A stretch of 63,685 nucleotides of DNA, filler included, from Sphacelaria rigidula (lineage: Eukaryota): NCBI GenBank assembly GCA_964200075.2. It is 7 parts of 7 records of this genome, joined end to end, with 100 filler letters (N's around TTAATTAATTAA, not from the genome) between each part and the next. Parts side by side here need not be neighbours in the genome. Positions count along the whole stretch, not along the records: positions 18,227 to 27,238 come from CAXNAA020009517.1; positions 27,339 to 36,350 come from CAXNAA020009518.1; positions 36,451 to 45,462 come from CAXNAA020009519.1; 4 more parts are not named here. The stretch is one strand, 5' to 3'. The position numbers and the translations under genes are program-made. Of the stretch, positions 24,301 to 36,520 are shown piece by piece (positions within the stretch are counted from its first letter, which is position 1; every line of letters begins with the position of its first letter). The notes under the pieces were generated by a model, which had not been told where the DNA came from, ran no database searches, and saw only the letters and a list, made by a program, of their open reading frames with translations.

Positions 24301-26754
24301 AGCACGGTGGGTGTGGCTGTTTTTTTATGTTGTAGTGTACCGGGGGAGAGATGGGTTGATCCCTTGAGACCACGGACTCATCCCGAGGAAGGGGAAGGGT
24401 TCAAAGTGTGAAAAACAAAAAGTGTTATAGGACTTCGTTTTGGCGCTCGGTTGCCATATTCTTCGCTTTTCTTTCAACACTTACATTTCTTGTTGCGAGT
24501 TTGGACACAGAGAAGAAGCATGTTATTCGATCTGTGTCTGAGAAGACCACAAGCACGGCTGATGCTTCATATCCCGCACAATCTCTGCACTGAGTCAGTC
24601 AAGGCGAACATTTGATTCGTTCCTTTGTCGCCGCGTTGTCGGTTGTTTGAACCCCCCGCCCGCCGTCCCCTCGCTATGAACTTCGATAGTCATATTGAGG
24701 AATGGTTTCAGTCTATCATTTAGGCTGAAACAGTTTTCCATCCTGAACTATTCCTGTATTCGTATTAGTTCTGTGTGTCCGGACATGAGATTTCGAGGCA
24801 GCACCCACATGTACACCGCCCGAAACAAGTCGAAAGAATTGAATGCAAAGGTTCTCGTCCTATCGATGTTAGCATATTATGATTATACAGGCAGACGTCG
24901 TGTGTTGTTAGGCACGTAGACCGGCGCCTGCCGCTATGATCACTGTTGGATATATCTACCCATTGTGAAAGCTATATTGGGTCCTTGCACTCAACTTCTT
25001 GGCCTATACCATTCGCTTGGAGGCGTTATCGGGGCGTCTGGTGGGTTGAAGCACGGTGTATAATTTTGCGCCTCCAAGCACTACACATCTCGACCAAGAC
25101 ACTCAAACCCTTAGCAAACAGTAACCATACAGCTGAGAGCTCCCTTCCACCCCCCCTGTCGAAAAAAAAAATCAAACGGCACCAGGCGGACGGCTCTGGT
25201 TCCCCCGCGTCCCTCGGCAAGGATTCCCGACAGGGCAAGAGGAGGTGTCTCGAGGTCCCATTGCCCGCGTCCGACGCTGCCGCTCCGACCATGCCGACTC
25301 AACACCCCACGCCTTTCATGGGTGGTGTTTCACCGTGCTCTCTGAGTGTCTCCTGCCCCTCTGCCTCCCAGAGCGCCACACCCGGCAACACCAGCAACAC
25401 CAACATCACTAACACCAACACCAGCGCCAGCGCCACCAGAACCAGCGCCAGCGCCAGCACCCCAGCTTTAGGTAGCGGAAGCGGTGTCCTGTCGTTCGAG
25501 AATGAGGTTCTAGCATCAACAGATCTCAAGAACGAGGTGCAGCTGCACGTGGAGGCGGGCGGCGTGGACGGGCTTGACATTGCCAAGGGGCTGTGGGTTG
25601 ACGACCCTCGGGTTGGTTTGCTTTTATTGTCGTTGTTGTTTGTCGCTGCTGTTCATATCTGCTTTCGCCTCTTTGAGCGTGCTCGATTTTGCGAGCTGTG
25701 GGCGTCCAAACACGACCGTTGCCATACGTGTTGCACGCCCGTCAAAAATGCCTTCCCACGTCCCTATTAGCCACCATTTCGTGTATGATTCTTGTGTTCG
25801 ACGCATCTACATAATATGTGGCTCGTGCTTTCTAGAGACAAGCTCAAGCATTCAAGTGACCCACGGGCAGGAAAAGTAGATCAACTTGTACGTCGCCAAC
25901 AGGATGGGAACTCTCGAACTCACTCGATTTATTCGATGAAGGAGTTCGCAGAGGGTGTACAGTCGTGGTTAAACTCTCTTGCTCGGTGCCGTAGAAGAAT
26001 GGAGTATGCGGATTCCACAGGTACTCGTTTGGCCATCAAAGGATGAAACCGCCAGTTTCCTGTCAAGACGGAATTGGAAATTGGTTGTTGAAGAGAGGGA
26101 GTAGGAGAGTGGCAGCCGTAGGCGAACCCTGGCTGTACCATCACTGTGACTCTCTGAACGAAAACAAAATCTTCGTGACTACAAAACTCGCGAGCAATCC
26201 TTCGTACTATAAACCCATAAGTTCAATCTTTCGTACTACAAAACTGTGTAGTCAATCATTTTGTGCTTGGCACCTCTCTATCCAACTCTCTGTGTCTGGA
26301 GACGTTGTCTCTCAAGTACCTTCGCCGCACTAAAAAGTAGATCAGAATCGTTACACTGAACCGTCATCAGTTGCACCGCTATTTTCCATCTCGACATACA
26401 GAATGCGTAGTGCAACAGCATACAGGCCCGCAAGGCTTTTCCAGACCTTGATCAAAATTTAACCCAAACCCTGACCGACAAACGCGTTCTTCCTTTCTTC
26501 GTCTCTTTCCATCTCTTAATTTTTCCGAACCGCTGTCGACCGCGGTTGCTGTGCAGGGGGCGAAGGGTGCGGAGCTCCCTACGCTCGGGGTGAATCCCCG
26601 TCTTCTCTGCGACGACAGCCTGGGTGCCGAGGTCGAGTGCCAATCTGGGGCAGACAACAACGACGATGACGAGATCTTGGGTTTCTTGGCGTGCGACGAA
26701 CCGCAGTCACCTGTGATGGGGGCGGGGGCGTTGGTGGGACTGATGGGCGTATGA
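18359..26754 (+). CDS. Hypothetical low-complexity protein, 5' end uncertain; exons ~18359-18994, 20737-20813, 21750-21982, 23891-24015, 25186-25611, 26557-26754
   Basis: All five introns are GT-AG and phases match (0,2,1,0,0), giving one open frame ending ...VGLMGV* at 26754. Exons are GC-rich relative to introns. No recognisable domain. Confidence 0.75.
19205..19300 (-). mobile_element. LINE 3'-end fragment (family B)
   Basis: Reverse complement ends GGCAAGATCATGAGTACACGCCCC; homologous to 3170-3266. Confidence 0.65.
19501..20110 (-). mobile_element. LINE ORF2 C-terminal fragment (family A), longest copy
   Basis: ORF 19599-19976 (LKVRSRAGDLDLPARK...CPYG..RTYIMAECDVYKEER...ILGDRWW) resembles a decayed C-terminal CCHC region of a LINE ORF2. 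It continues into the same 3' end as 23-109 and abuts poly(G). Confidence 0.75.
20148..20255 (-). mobile_element. LINE 3'-end fragment (family B)
   Basis: Homologous to 3170-3266; GTG-poly(G) on both sides (20134-20147, ~20257-20266). Confidence 0.65.
24335..24420 (+). mobile_element. SINE 3' fragment
   Basis: GTGTACCGG..GAGAGATGGGTTG.TC.CTTGAG.CCAC.GACTC matches 10836-10880. Confidence 0.6.
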
Positions 26755-28061
26755 AATGGCCAATAAAGCGTTGATAGGGATGAGCACCAATTAAAACCTG
26801 GTGGGGTCGAGGGAGGGCTTGAGGCTGGGCATTGTATCTTTGGTGTTGTGTCGATTTGTTTTCCTGTTTCGAGCTGTTTGCACGTGCGTGTGTGTGTGTG
26901 AATGTGCAAGGGTCGTTGCTCTTTCTCATCGCGCTATTGCTCGTTGCACGTTGACAAGTTCTGTTCTCCCTGGCTCTTCTTGAACTCACACCGTGGGGTG
27001 GTCATGAGGGTGGGCGACGAGCTTGTGAAGGAGTGGGGACGAGATGCCATCCACGTGTCTCGTGGGGGCCTTCTACAGATTGTACTCGCGCCTCTCAACT
27101 TTCCACTTTCGACATTTTGAGTGGTTTAGTATTTGCGGGGGGGGGGGGGGGGGGGGGGGGGGTGGGGTGTTTTTCTTTCCCTTTTTTTGGGTGGGGAGGC
27201 GGTTACCCCCCCCCGCGGGGCGGGCCCCGTCTTCGTGTNNNNNNNNNNNNNNNNNNNNNNNNNNNNNNNNNNNNNNNNNNNNTTAATTAATTAANNNNNN
27301 NNNNNNNNNNNNNNNNNNNNNNNNNNNNNNNNNNNNNNATGACAATGAGTTGCTTTATTCTGCGGTTTCGCCACGTCCAGAGACAGCCACAGCTTATACG
27401 CTGCCCCATGGGTGTCGAACCGGTAATCGACAGGAAGGGGGGGGATTTGGGCCGTTTTCCCCCACGAACTCCCACTTCAATCGCCGTTGAAAGCCGCCAC
27501 CAGTTGTTCAAACGCGCTTGCTCCTGATAAGCAACACTCATTCATACTGCTTTACACCACTTTCGCCCTAATTTAAGCGCACCGCGAGTGTTTCTAGAAC
27601 CGATTAGACAGGGCAGGTTGCCCGGCGATTCCGTCACTGTAGGCTCAGAATATAATCGAGTGGCACCAGGTTTCATGTCTCAAGTATATAGTACATATAG
27701 TTTTTTGTTTCATTGTCATCATTTTTAGGGAGTCCTACATTGCCGTGCAAGCTTCAACTGGGAAAGCATACGCATGTGTGGGACATAGTAGAAAATGGAT
27801 ATCTGCTCCAGCTTTTTCGTCTCTCTTTTGACCCGTCTGCTTACTCGAAACAAGTCCGCAGTCTCAACGTAACAGCTAACCTCCCGCCCAGTAATATGGA
27901 TGTCCATCTGGGGGTGAATATCCATCTGGGACATCATTTTAGGATATGGATGCCCACCTGGAAGGTCCATGTGAAACATCTATCTAGGACGTCCATTTGG
28001 GGCATGGAGAAGCATGCGAGATTTGGTCCGAAGAGGCTGGCCGCCCCCCCCCTGCATCACC

Positions 28062-28124
28062 TCCGTCTCGAAAGGGATGCGTGGTCAATGGTCAAGCGAC
28101 TCAGGCAAGCAACAAATGAGTACG
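28062..28124 (+). mobile_element. 5'-truncated LINE 3' end (family A)
   Basis: Near-identical to 48-109; flanked by C9-TG-CATCACC and C10-ATCACC. Confidence 0.75.
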
Positions 28125-28179
28125 CCCCCCCCCCATCACCGGTGGGATGCCTCCAGGACAACCTACGTACAAGATGGGC

Positions 28180-28437
28180 TGTAGCCAAATGATACCCAGC
28201 CGTAGGTTTCAGTATAATCGCATGCATGGTTGGAGCATTGGCGGGGGACAGGGGATCCTGGATTGATGACCCTCATCTGTGTGGCCCCTTGCTGTCTGAC
28301 TCTTGATGTGGTTTGTTAAGGATCACTCCACAATAATAACAAGTTAGAATAGAGGACTTGTCGAGCACGAGGCCAGTGCTACTGAAGGAGTCCCTCGTGG
28401 ATAGTTCTCTCGTCTAGATCGTCTGGCAGAGGCTAAA
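28180..28437 (+). repeat. 5' LTR of element 2
   Basis: TGTAGCC...GGCTAAA (consensus GGCTACA); roughly 90% identical by eye to 32671-32930. Confidence 0.92.
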
Positions 28438-31400
28438 ATATCTAGATATTATTCTTCCGGCACTCTGTCAGAGGAGTTCGACTGAGGAGAAAGTGGGCTG
28501 CAGCTGGGAGCCAGTTTAGCCCACAGACAGGAGGAGACCAACTGAAGCGCACAGCAGTGGGGGACGCTCCATTAGCTGGAGGACGCACAAGTTAGGCAAA
28601 AATCTCTCAGTGAAGTGTTGAAGTCTAGTCGACATGGCTCAAGCGGCAGCAGCGCCGCTGGTGTCAGGTGAGTCACTAGAGCCGCCAAAGTGCGGCGAAG
28701 TGTGGACCGAAGAGGCGTCAAGAAGGTTTTATGCCGCATATATCGACTACTTATAGAGGCTGATTTGAGCCAATATTACAGGGTTTATACGGCATGAGGG
28801 AGTAAGCATCGGACAATTCATTCCATCCTATATTCACCGGTGCTTCGAAGATATGTACAAGGAACGTCGGGCTATGACCCCCGACGAATTGCTAGGTGCT
28901 GTGAGCACCATGCCCGGTACACTACAACCGGCGGAAAGCATGACGCTGCGCGGGCTGCAGCAGACCTACGCAAAGTTCTTACTATGGCAGAATACGGTGG
29001 AATATCTGTCAAGGATCGTGCGATGATGGTCAGTTCAGCGATGAAAACGCTTTCCGCAGAAAAACTGACGGTGCAAGCCATGTACCGTGCGGAGGACAGG
29101 AGCTGGTTGCCAGGTCCGGCCGAGTCGGTTTCCACAGCTTTGGTGGACGAGATTTCGCCTCCGGAATGCAAGGTTAGAAGTGTACTAACGTATGTTGGCT
29201 GCTGAAAAAAAAACCCGGCGTTGGTGTTCAAAACATATTTGGAGCCGCCGACAGTGGAAGTTCATTGAAGCACAAAGCCGGCGCGATTCTGCAACAAGTG
29301 CGGGTGGTATGTGCCGCAAATAGCAACAGCAACAGAAACAGAAACAGCAGCCGTCTCCGCGAGCGTCGTCCACTCGCGCGTGTTACAGCTACAGCGACAC
29401 AGGACATCTGATCAAGGATTGCCCCAAGCCTCGCGCTCAAGGCGCTGCACAGGGCAATGCGCGAGATTGTTCAGGATCTCGGGGCAGTCGTCACGGTGGA
29501 CGGGGCTGTGCCAACCGGGGACGCGGGCGCGGCGGCCACGGTAGCAAGTAATCGGCGGCGGATGGTACTTCCTCCCCTGCTGCTTCTTCCACCACGTCAT
29601 CAGGTGGTGACTCTGGATCTTATGCTTCGCCCGTAGCCGGGCGGACAGCGTACGTGGGAAATGCAAATACTTCGATGGGGAGTGCTGGAGCGAATAGTTC
29701 GCAACCCCTCGGCCAGACAGGATCCGTGTCTGGTGCATCTCCTACTGCTGCGACGGCTGAAACGGCGCCGTCTGCATATTCGGCGACTTGGTCTGGCTGG
29801 ACCGACGCTTCTCAGCTATTGATGTCAAGTGCTGGGGCAGCCCTGGCGTCAGGTGACTCTTGGTACCGACCAGGGTTCTTCGGCAGGCGTGGTACCTGTC
29901 GATCGCAAGGCTGAATCCTTACGCGCAGATCTTTCCTTGCCTGGTTCTATAGGTTCGTTCATGGCCCGCGGTATTCTCGATTCTGGGTCCGCGCTCACGT
30001 CGATCGGTGTGGGGTTGCTAGAACAGGTGTCTCCGCAGTTTGGCGACGCTCAGCTTCAGATTCCGTTCGGAAACGGACCGCAAACGGCGCAGACCGCCAC
30101 GGGTGCTCCCGTGGCGGTCACACATTAAACGGTGCCGATTACGTTGAGAATGCGTACGCCATGGGGCGCTGTGGAGTTGCAGCCCATTACTTTCGCTGTC
30201 ATACCCGGTAGGCACAACGTGGTTTTATTCGGGATGGCGACGATAAGGTAGCTGGGGATTGATTTGTACCCGCCGGCGTTGGATAAGTTACGCCCGCGTG
30301 CTGTGCCGGTGCAAACCGGCGTGGGAAATTCCAGCTATCTTGCGGCAAGGCGTGTAATCGTGTCCATACGGTCATTCCAGAGCGCCAATGAGGAGGAGGC
30401 TCCTGCGGATTAAGCGGTGGAGCGCTTGGTCGATCGGGGGGCCGACATGTTCATGGATCCAGCGGAGGAGAGACATGCAAGAGAACGTGCGCTTGAGGAT
30501 AGCGTGCAGCAGGGCGAGCAGAAGGGCCTGAGCGCCGACGGCGCACATTGTCTGCGTGATATTTTGGCTCGCCGCGTAGATACATTTCGCCGTGTGCTGC
30601 ATGGTGATCCGCCAGCGCGCGTTGAACCCATGAGAGTGCAGCTTAAGCCACAGGCAAAGGCGGTGAAAGCCAAGCCCAGACGGTATGATCTGGTGAAGAC
30701 AGTGTGGCTATCTTCATGCATCGCAGCTTTGGTGGCGTTTGGTTCGTTGGATGGGAGCATTCAGGCTATGTGGGCGAGGTTGACGATGGCGGTGCCGGAG
30801 AGGGACACATTCCTTTTGGTCGGCGACTATCAGGCGGTGAACGCACAAGTGGAACAGGCTCCGGGGGTGATGCCAAGCCAAGAATACATGCGGGAGTTGC
30901 TGGGAGCCAATATCGGGATGTCACTGAACACATTCCTGGAGAGCACAATTGTCGGAGGGATATGTCGTCTCGCTTGGTGAAGCTTCCTACCGTGCCTGTT
31001 CGCTCTGATGCCGTGTACAGTCCGTGTGATGCCAATGATTCGCTGCCCTCGTTAGATGTCACTCGTACTACGCAGCGCAAAACAGTCGGCGACGGTGTTC
31101 ATTCTTTTCCTACGACTTTCGGTCAAGCTGCTTTGCCTGACGATGGTTTGCTTCGCGCGCGTGTTGGCAGTAGTGATGTTCTGTGGATTCCGTCGGATAA
31201 TAAGGCTCTACAAACTCGCTTGATGATGTGCGCTCACATGCGGTCGGCTGGTCGCCATGGTGTGGCGCCGACTCTTTTTCATTTGAAATAATACTGTGTG
31301 TGGCCTCACATGGATTCCCTCGTTCGCGAGTTCGTTCGCCAGAGTTTGCACTGTGTAGACACTCGTGTTGGTGATATTGCAGCTCGCCCGCATGGCGATA

Positions 31401-32670
31401 TTGTGCATGGTACTGCGCCAGGTGAAGTTGTTCAATTTGATTTTCTGTACGTTGAAAGTAGCGGACCTGAAGGTACTAATGGTTTGCCTGAGGAGGATGG
31501 TTTTCGGTAGGTTTTCGGTTATCATGGATGATTTGTCCATGTTTGTTTGCTTGGAGCCGGCCGAGGCTTGCACCGCCGGGGTTACGACTGAGCGCTTGCT
31601 GCATTGGTGCAAGACTTTGGGGGTGCCACGTGTTTGGGTTAGTGATACCGCCACGCACTTCAAGAACCGAGTGTTCGCGCAGCTGAGCGATGCGCTCAAG
31701 GTGCAACACCAATTTGCTGTTGCGTACACCACTTGGTCGAATGGTGCTTGTGAACGTAGGGTGAAAGAGGTTATTCGTGCGTTGTGATCTATTTTGTCGG
31801 AACAGAGACGGCCAGTGTCTGAATGGGTTGATGTTTTTCCAGCCGCTCAGTGGGCGTTGAATACTTATTTTCGGGAACGCTACCGTGACTTTCCGTATTG
31901 TGTGGTGTTTAGGCGTGCACCGCGTACAGCGTTTTCCGCGCTAGCTTCTGTCACTGGCGGCGAGTGAAATGTCGATGTCATGGGTGCTGGTTCGTTGCGT
32001 GACAAGGTTCGAGGAATAGTTGACGAGCAAATGCGGTTTTGTAACGAAGTGCAAGCTGCTGTCGCCATGTCTCGCGAAACCAAACACAACCTTGCCCAGG
32101 GCCAGGTTGTGTTACTCAAGCTTGCAGCTGGCAATCTCGTCTCTCATGCCCATGTTCGTACAGGTAAGGTGTGACGCCAAACTTGATGTCCACCCGGACA
32201 GGTCCGTGCTGGGTGGTCGGAGCCGATCACGCTCACGTGTATTCGGTGCAGAACATTGCTTTTGGCGCCGTGCACTCAAACCATGTCGCTCGTTTGCGTT
32301 TCCATGCTGCCTCGCAGTCGCACGTCACTGCGGGACTAAAAAATGTATCCCAGCATTCGTATGCTCAAGGTGAATCGGATGAATGCTTTGGTGCACGTTG
32401 CTGAGGATGACAATGGTGATGTCATTGTTTTGATCGATTGGGAAGGGTTCGGTACTGAAGAACGTACGTGGGAGTCTCTTCGCAAGATTTATTCTTCTGC
32501 GTCTGATTTTGTTTCGAACGAACTGCGTAAAATGCGGGTGACTCGGGCGCTGACCAATAAGTTAGCGTCGGAGTATGGCATTTCTTTGTGATCTGGCGCA
32601 TGCGATTTCGTCTTGGTTTTTTGTTGGTTGTCAAGCTCGTTCGTTTGTCTTGAACTCGCTTTGAGGGTGC

Positions 32671-32930
32671 TGTAGCCAAATGATACTAAGCCGTAGGTTT
32701 CAGTATAATCGCATGCATGATTGGAGCAGTGACGAGGGACAGGGGATCCTGGGTTGATGACCCTCATCTGTGTGGCCCCTTGCTGTGTGGCTCTTGATGT
32801 GATTTGTTGAGGATCACTCCGCAAAAATAACAAGTCAGAAGAGAAGGCACTTGTCGACCACGAGGCCAGTGCTACTGAAGGGGTCCTTCGTGGATAGTCC
32901 TCTCGTCCAGATAATCTGGCAAAGGCCATA
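32671..32930 (+). repeat. 3' LTR of element 2
   Basis: TGTAGCC...GGCCATA, direct repeat of 28180-28437. Confidence 0.92.
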
Positions 32931-33839
32931 GGGATTCCGAAGTAGAGGAGCGTGACGGGAATGACTCCTCTACGGTGTGAAGATGGGCGACGCCTACGAC
33001 TCGTTCGCTGCGGCGAAAAAACATGGGAAAATAACATATCGGAGTCGAGAAAGTGGCGGAGGAGAGTCCGAGAACACGTCGCGACGCGAGGAGTAACGCG
33101 AATCGGACCTCCGCCATAAACGAGAGGCCTTTGGGTCGAAAGTCGCCAATGGAGGAGCCGCCATCACTAACACAACAACAACACCAACTCGCAAGGAATC
33201 CAAAATGGACATCCCCGAGAGAGTGGTCCGCTTTGTACCTGACTAGCGAATAGTGGGGGAAGATCGGCTAAATCAGATCCTGTTGTATCCCTGACCTTTC
33301 ATATCGCTTGTTAATTTTGTCCTTGACATTGTCCTTGGTCTGTAGTTTTGTGGTGTTTCCTGCTTTGTGCGCTTGAACCTGCTCCAAGGTAACGTTCCCT
33401 GTGGCTTCATTACTTCTGTAGCCTTCTTCTTTCTGTTCTCTCTCACGCATTTTTTCTCTTCTCTCTGTGATTTTCCCTCCCGGTGTACGCGAGTCGCAGT
33501 GAGCGCCGCACTTTCGTGGGGTTCATTGGTGACAGGTCATACCCAGAACATTTCTGCCGAGATAGATGACCCGCAATCTGTTCCCACGGCCTTTTATTTT
33601 TCTCTCGCTCGGGTGGGATGCGTGTGCTTTTGCGCAACACTTCTTCCAGCAGAAGTAATGTTGTAAAGACCGGCCGTCTATTTGTTTTTTCTTCTTGGTC
33701 ATTTTTTCTGCCCCCACCTCGTCTCTGTCCCACCTTTCTGTTATGTTCACTTCCTCCAGCAAATGTTTCCGTTTGGTTTACTTTCGGACACGCCAATCAT
33801 GTGACCACGACTGAAGCCAGGGAAGACAATGCAATACAC

Positions 33840-33905
33840 TGATTCATTGATTGTTAAAGTGCGACAATCATTCATTCAATCATTCATTCAATCAATCATT
33901 AATGA
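33840..33905. repeat. Degenerate (TTCA/ATCA)n tetranucleotide repeat
   Basis: CAATCATTCATTCAATCATTCATTCAATCAATCATT. Confidence 0.75.
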
Positions 33906-34289
33906 TTTTATGTTGTAAATTGACTGATTCCGGAGGAATCCAGCGGTGGTCATGACATGGACTTACCCAAGGTAATGAATGCGGCAACATCCCGTAAGGA
34001 AAACTCAACAAAGGGAAACCAAGAAAGAACGAAGGGAGAAAAAATTACCAGAGCCCGATTACAACGGACACAATGAGAGAAAATTGAAGCAGAAAAAACG
34101 GGTGAATGAAAGATCGGATCACCGATCGAGAAGAAAACAATGAGGATGATGTCGGAGAGGGAAAAGCAAGCGAGGGAAAAGATATGGTCGGCCCCCTACA
34201 AATTGGCTTCATGGAGGGAAATTCTTCGAGAAACAAAACCGAAAACAAGAAGGAGAAGAACAGAAAAGACAGTTCTAAAAATAGCAGTC

Positions 34290-34720
34290 GATCATCGAAA
34301 TTGAGGATGGAGCTTTTCATTGAGGATGAGAACCCGGAGGATTTGAATCCTCGTATCCACACCAAATCTTCGAAATATGGTTCCATTCTTTCACCTACTG
34401 GTAGCGAATAACAACTGCTACACGCCCTACCAATTTGGATTTCGATTATCAAAATATTGGAGTTCTAGATGAAGAATCAACTTTGAGGAGTTTAGGTGAT
34501 TCGATCGGATCGCCGAAATTCCCCGAAATTGGTGTTTCACCTAGGACCCCAATATTTCGGTTATCGACATGCAAATTTGTACTACGTACAAGTGCTTGTC
34601 AATAGCTACCAGTAGGTGAAGAAATGGAACCATATTTCGAAGATTTGGTGTGGATCCAGAGATTTTGATCCTCCGGGTTCTTATCCTCAATGAAAAGCTC
34701 CATCCTCAACTTGGATGATC
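34290..34720. mobile_element. Mutator-like MITE with ~115-bp TIRs
   Basis: 34290-34406 is inverted at 34604-34720 (e.g. TCCACACCAAATCTTCGAAATATGGTTCCATT). Flanks TAGCAGTC / AGCAAGTC resemble a decayed 8-9-bp TSD. Confidence 0.8.
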
Positions 34721-34849
34721 AGCAAGTCAAAGCAGGGGTATATCGGTTTCGTGTTACGCGTAGGGTTAGTGTTGGGGTTATGGTCAGGGGCGTGGTACCT
34801 GCAGGGACTGGCTGATTGGTTTTGAAAAACATCGATCCTGAGGTGTTTT

Positions 34850-36350
34850 GAACTACGGCACGGTCCTCTAAGCACGCGGTCCTCTCACGCATTACAGACC
34901 CAATCCTTTGAGTCTGCGACGTCAACAGCGTAGACATACCACTTGGTTGGGTCCTTGTACGACAAACCATCGGGATAAAATATACCTCTGGAAGCGTGTT
35001 CAGCCTGCTTGACAAGAGCCCCCACGGACCAAAGCTGGCGCCTGCGGATGCTCGCGTCGAAAGGTCTGCATTTGGTCATCTCAAGCACAGTTTTGTTTGA
35101 AAGCATCGTGTGCTCAGGAAGAGAGATGTTTACGCATTCACCAGTGGGTGCCCATGGGTTCAATGTGTAAACTACTCGCTTCCTGAACAAAAGTTTTTTC
35201 CCTTCCTGAACATCGTGACTTTACTGCACTTCTTCCTGCAGAGGGCTTGACCTTTGCGGTGTGCGACGAGTAATCTCATGAAGGTATCTAAGCACAGCGT
35301 CCACATCACACACCTTTACCCAGCATAGCTTCCACCATCTCCACTTTTAACAATCGGACTTTGCGTGGCGGTTGGTAATTGGGGCGATCTTGAAGTAAAG
35401 AGCTGCACCTTCGGAAGGGTGCCCTTGCAGCGCTGATGTGGCACATTCATGTATGAATTCGATGTAACTATTCGCGTCTTCGCTGATATCTCCACCAAGG
35501 TAGGGGACCTCGGCTCTGCTTGTACTGTGGGTTTACGGCCGTCATGTGGAGTATCGTCCCTGCAGGGTTGTGCACCGATCACAAGCACATGGCCTATTTC
35601 ATTCAATACTGCCGATACAACAGCCATCTTCCTAGCATCCGCACCTGGGTACCCCGAGACGATCGCATCATACGCGTACAGCATTCCCCACCATGCGTTG
35701 CACCCCCGGCGGTGTCTCTTCTTCAGTGTTACCATCCTCATTTTGCAGCGAACTATTTCCATAAAAAAGTAGTGTCTATTCCTCCGTGAAACGCTGTAGA
35801 AGAATATCAGTCACTGCCGTGGGCAAGGGGTTGAGCAGTAGCAGGAACGAAATATATCGCTGCTCGAATGGTCGGCACAGCTTGGATTACTCTGACACTT
35901 CGTCATCATCAAGCTCTACCCGAGCTCAGCCCCAGCAGAAGATACGAATATCTTCGTCATCTGCATCGAGACCCCGAAACAGACACGTATGTTTGCACCA
36001 CGGCGTGTGTATTGCGGAGCCCTCTACCTTCTGACAAACATTATGTTGATGGTCGATATTGACGTCGGAATTTGCATTGGTCTTCCGAGAGAATCCCTGC
36101 CTCCTTGCAGATATTACGTAGCCCGTTGGCAACGATTTCCAGGAGACCTTTACAAGCATATGCTGCGATATTGATGTCCCAATATTCACCATAAACAACA
36201 AACTGTGCGAATTGAGGTTTAAGTCCGAGATGAGGTTCAAAGCCTAAAACAGGGCTTTCCCCACACTTTCAGCGATGGTACCCAATAACGTTTTTGTCGC
36301 CCTAATGCCCCTCGATCGCGTAGATACGTTTTCAGCGCAATTCACCGACT
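34850..36350 (-). mobile_element. Highly degenerate RTE-type LINE reverse-transcriptase relic
   Basis: Fragments WWGMLYAYDAIVS..DARKMAVV (cf. MLYADD at 47433) and ASIRRRQLWSVGALV; many stops. Confidence 0.65.
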
Positions 36351-36455
36351 NNNNNNNNNNNNNNNNNNNNNNNNNNNNNNNNNNNNNNNNNNNNTTAATT
36401 AATTAANNNNNNNNNNNNNNNNNNNNNNNNNNNNNNNNNNNNNNNNNNNNGGGGG

Positions 36456-36520
36456 CGTACTCATTTGTTGCTTGCCTTAGTCATTTGACCATTGACCACG
36501 CATCCCTCTCGAGACGGAGC
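36456..36520 (-). mobile_element. LINE 3' end (family A)
   Basis: Reverse complement of 40-109; G-rich flanks on both sides. Confidence 0.75.

Larger units (their letters stand above)
28180..32930 (+). mobile_element. Defective Ty3/Gypsy (chromovirus-like) LTR retrotransposon 2 with both LTRs; RT core and most of RNase H deleted
   Basis: LTRs at 28180-28437 and 32671-32930. gag relic; protease GILDSGSALT; RT N-terminus FLLVGDYQAVN; integrase zinc region (CAHMRSAGRHG...WPHM...LHCV) and core (QFDFLYVE, VWVSDTATHFKN, SNGACER); chromodomain LIDWEGFGTEERTWES; purine-rich GAGGG before the 3' LTR. Confidence 0.95.

Noticed and set aside
34760-34790. Telomere-like AGGGTTAGTGTTGGGGTTA
   Set aside because: Too short and irregular to be a telomeric array.
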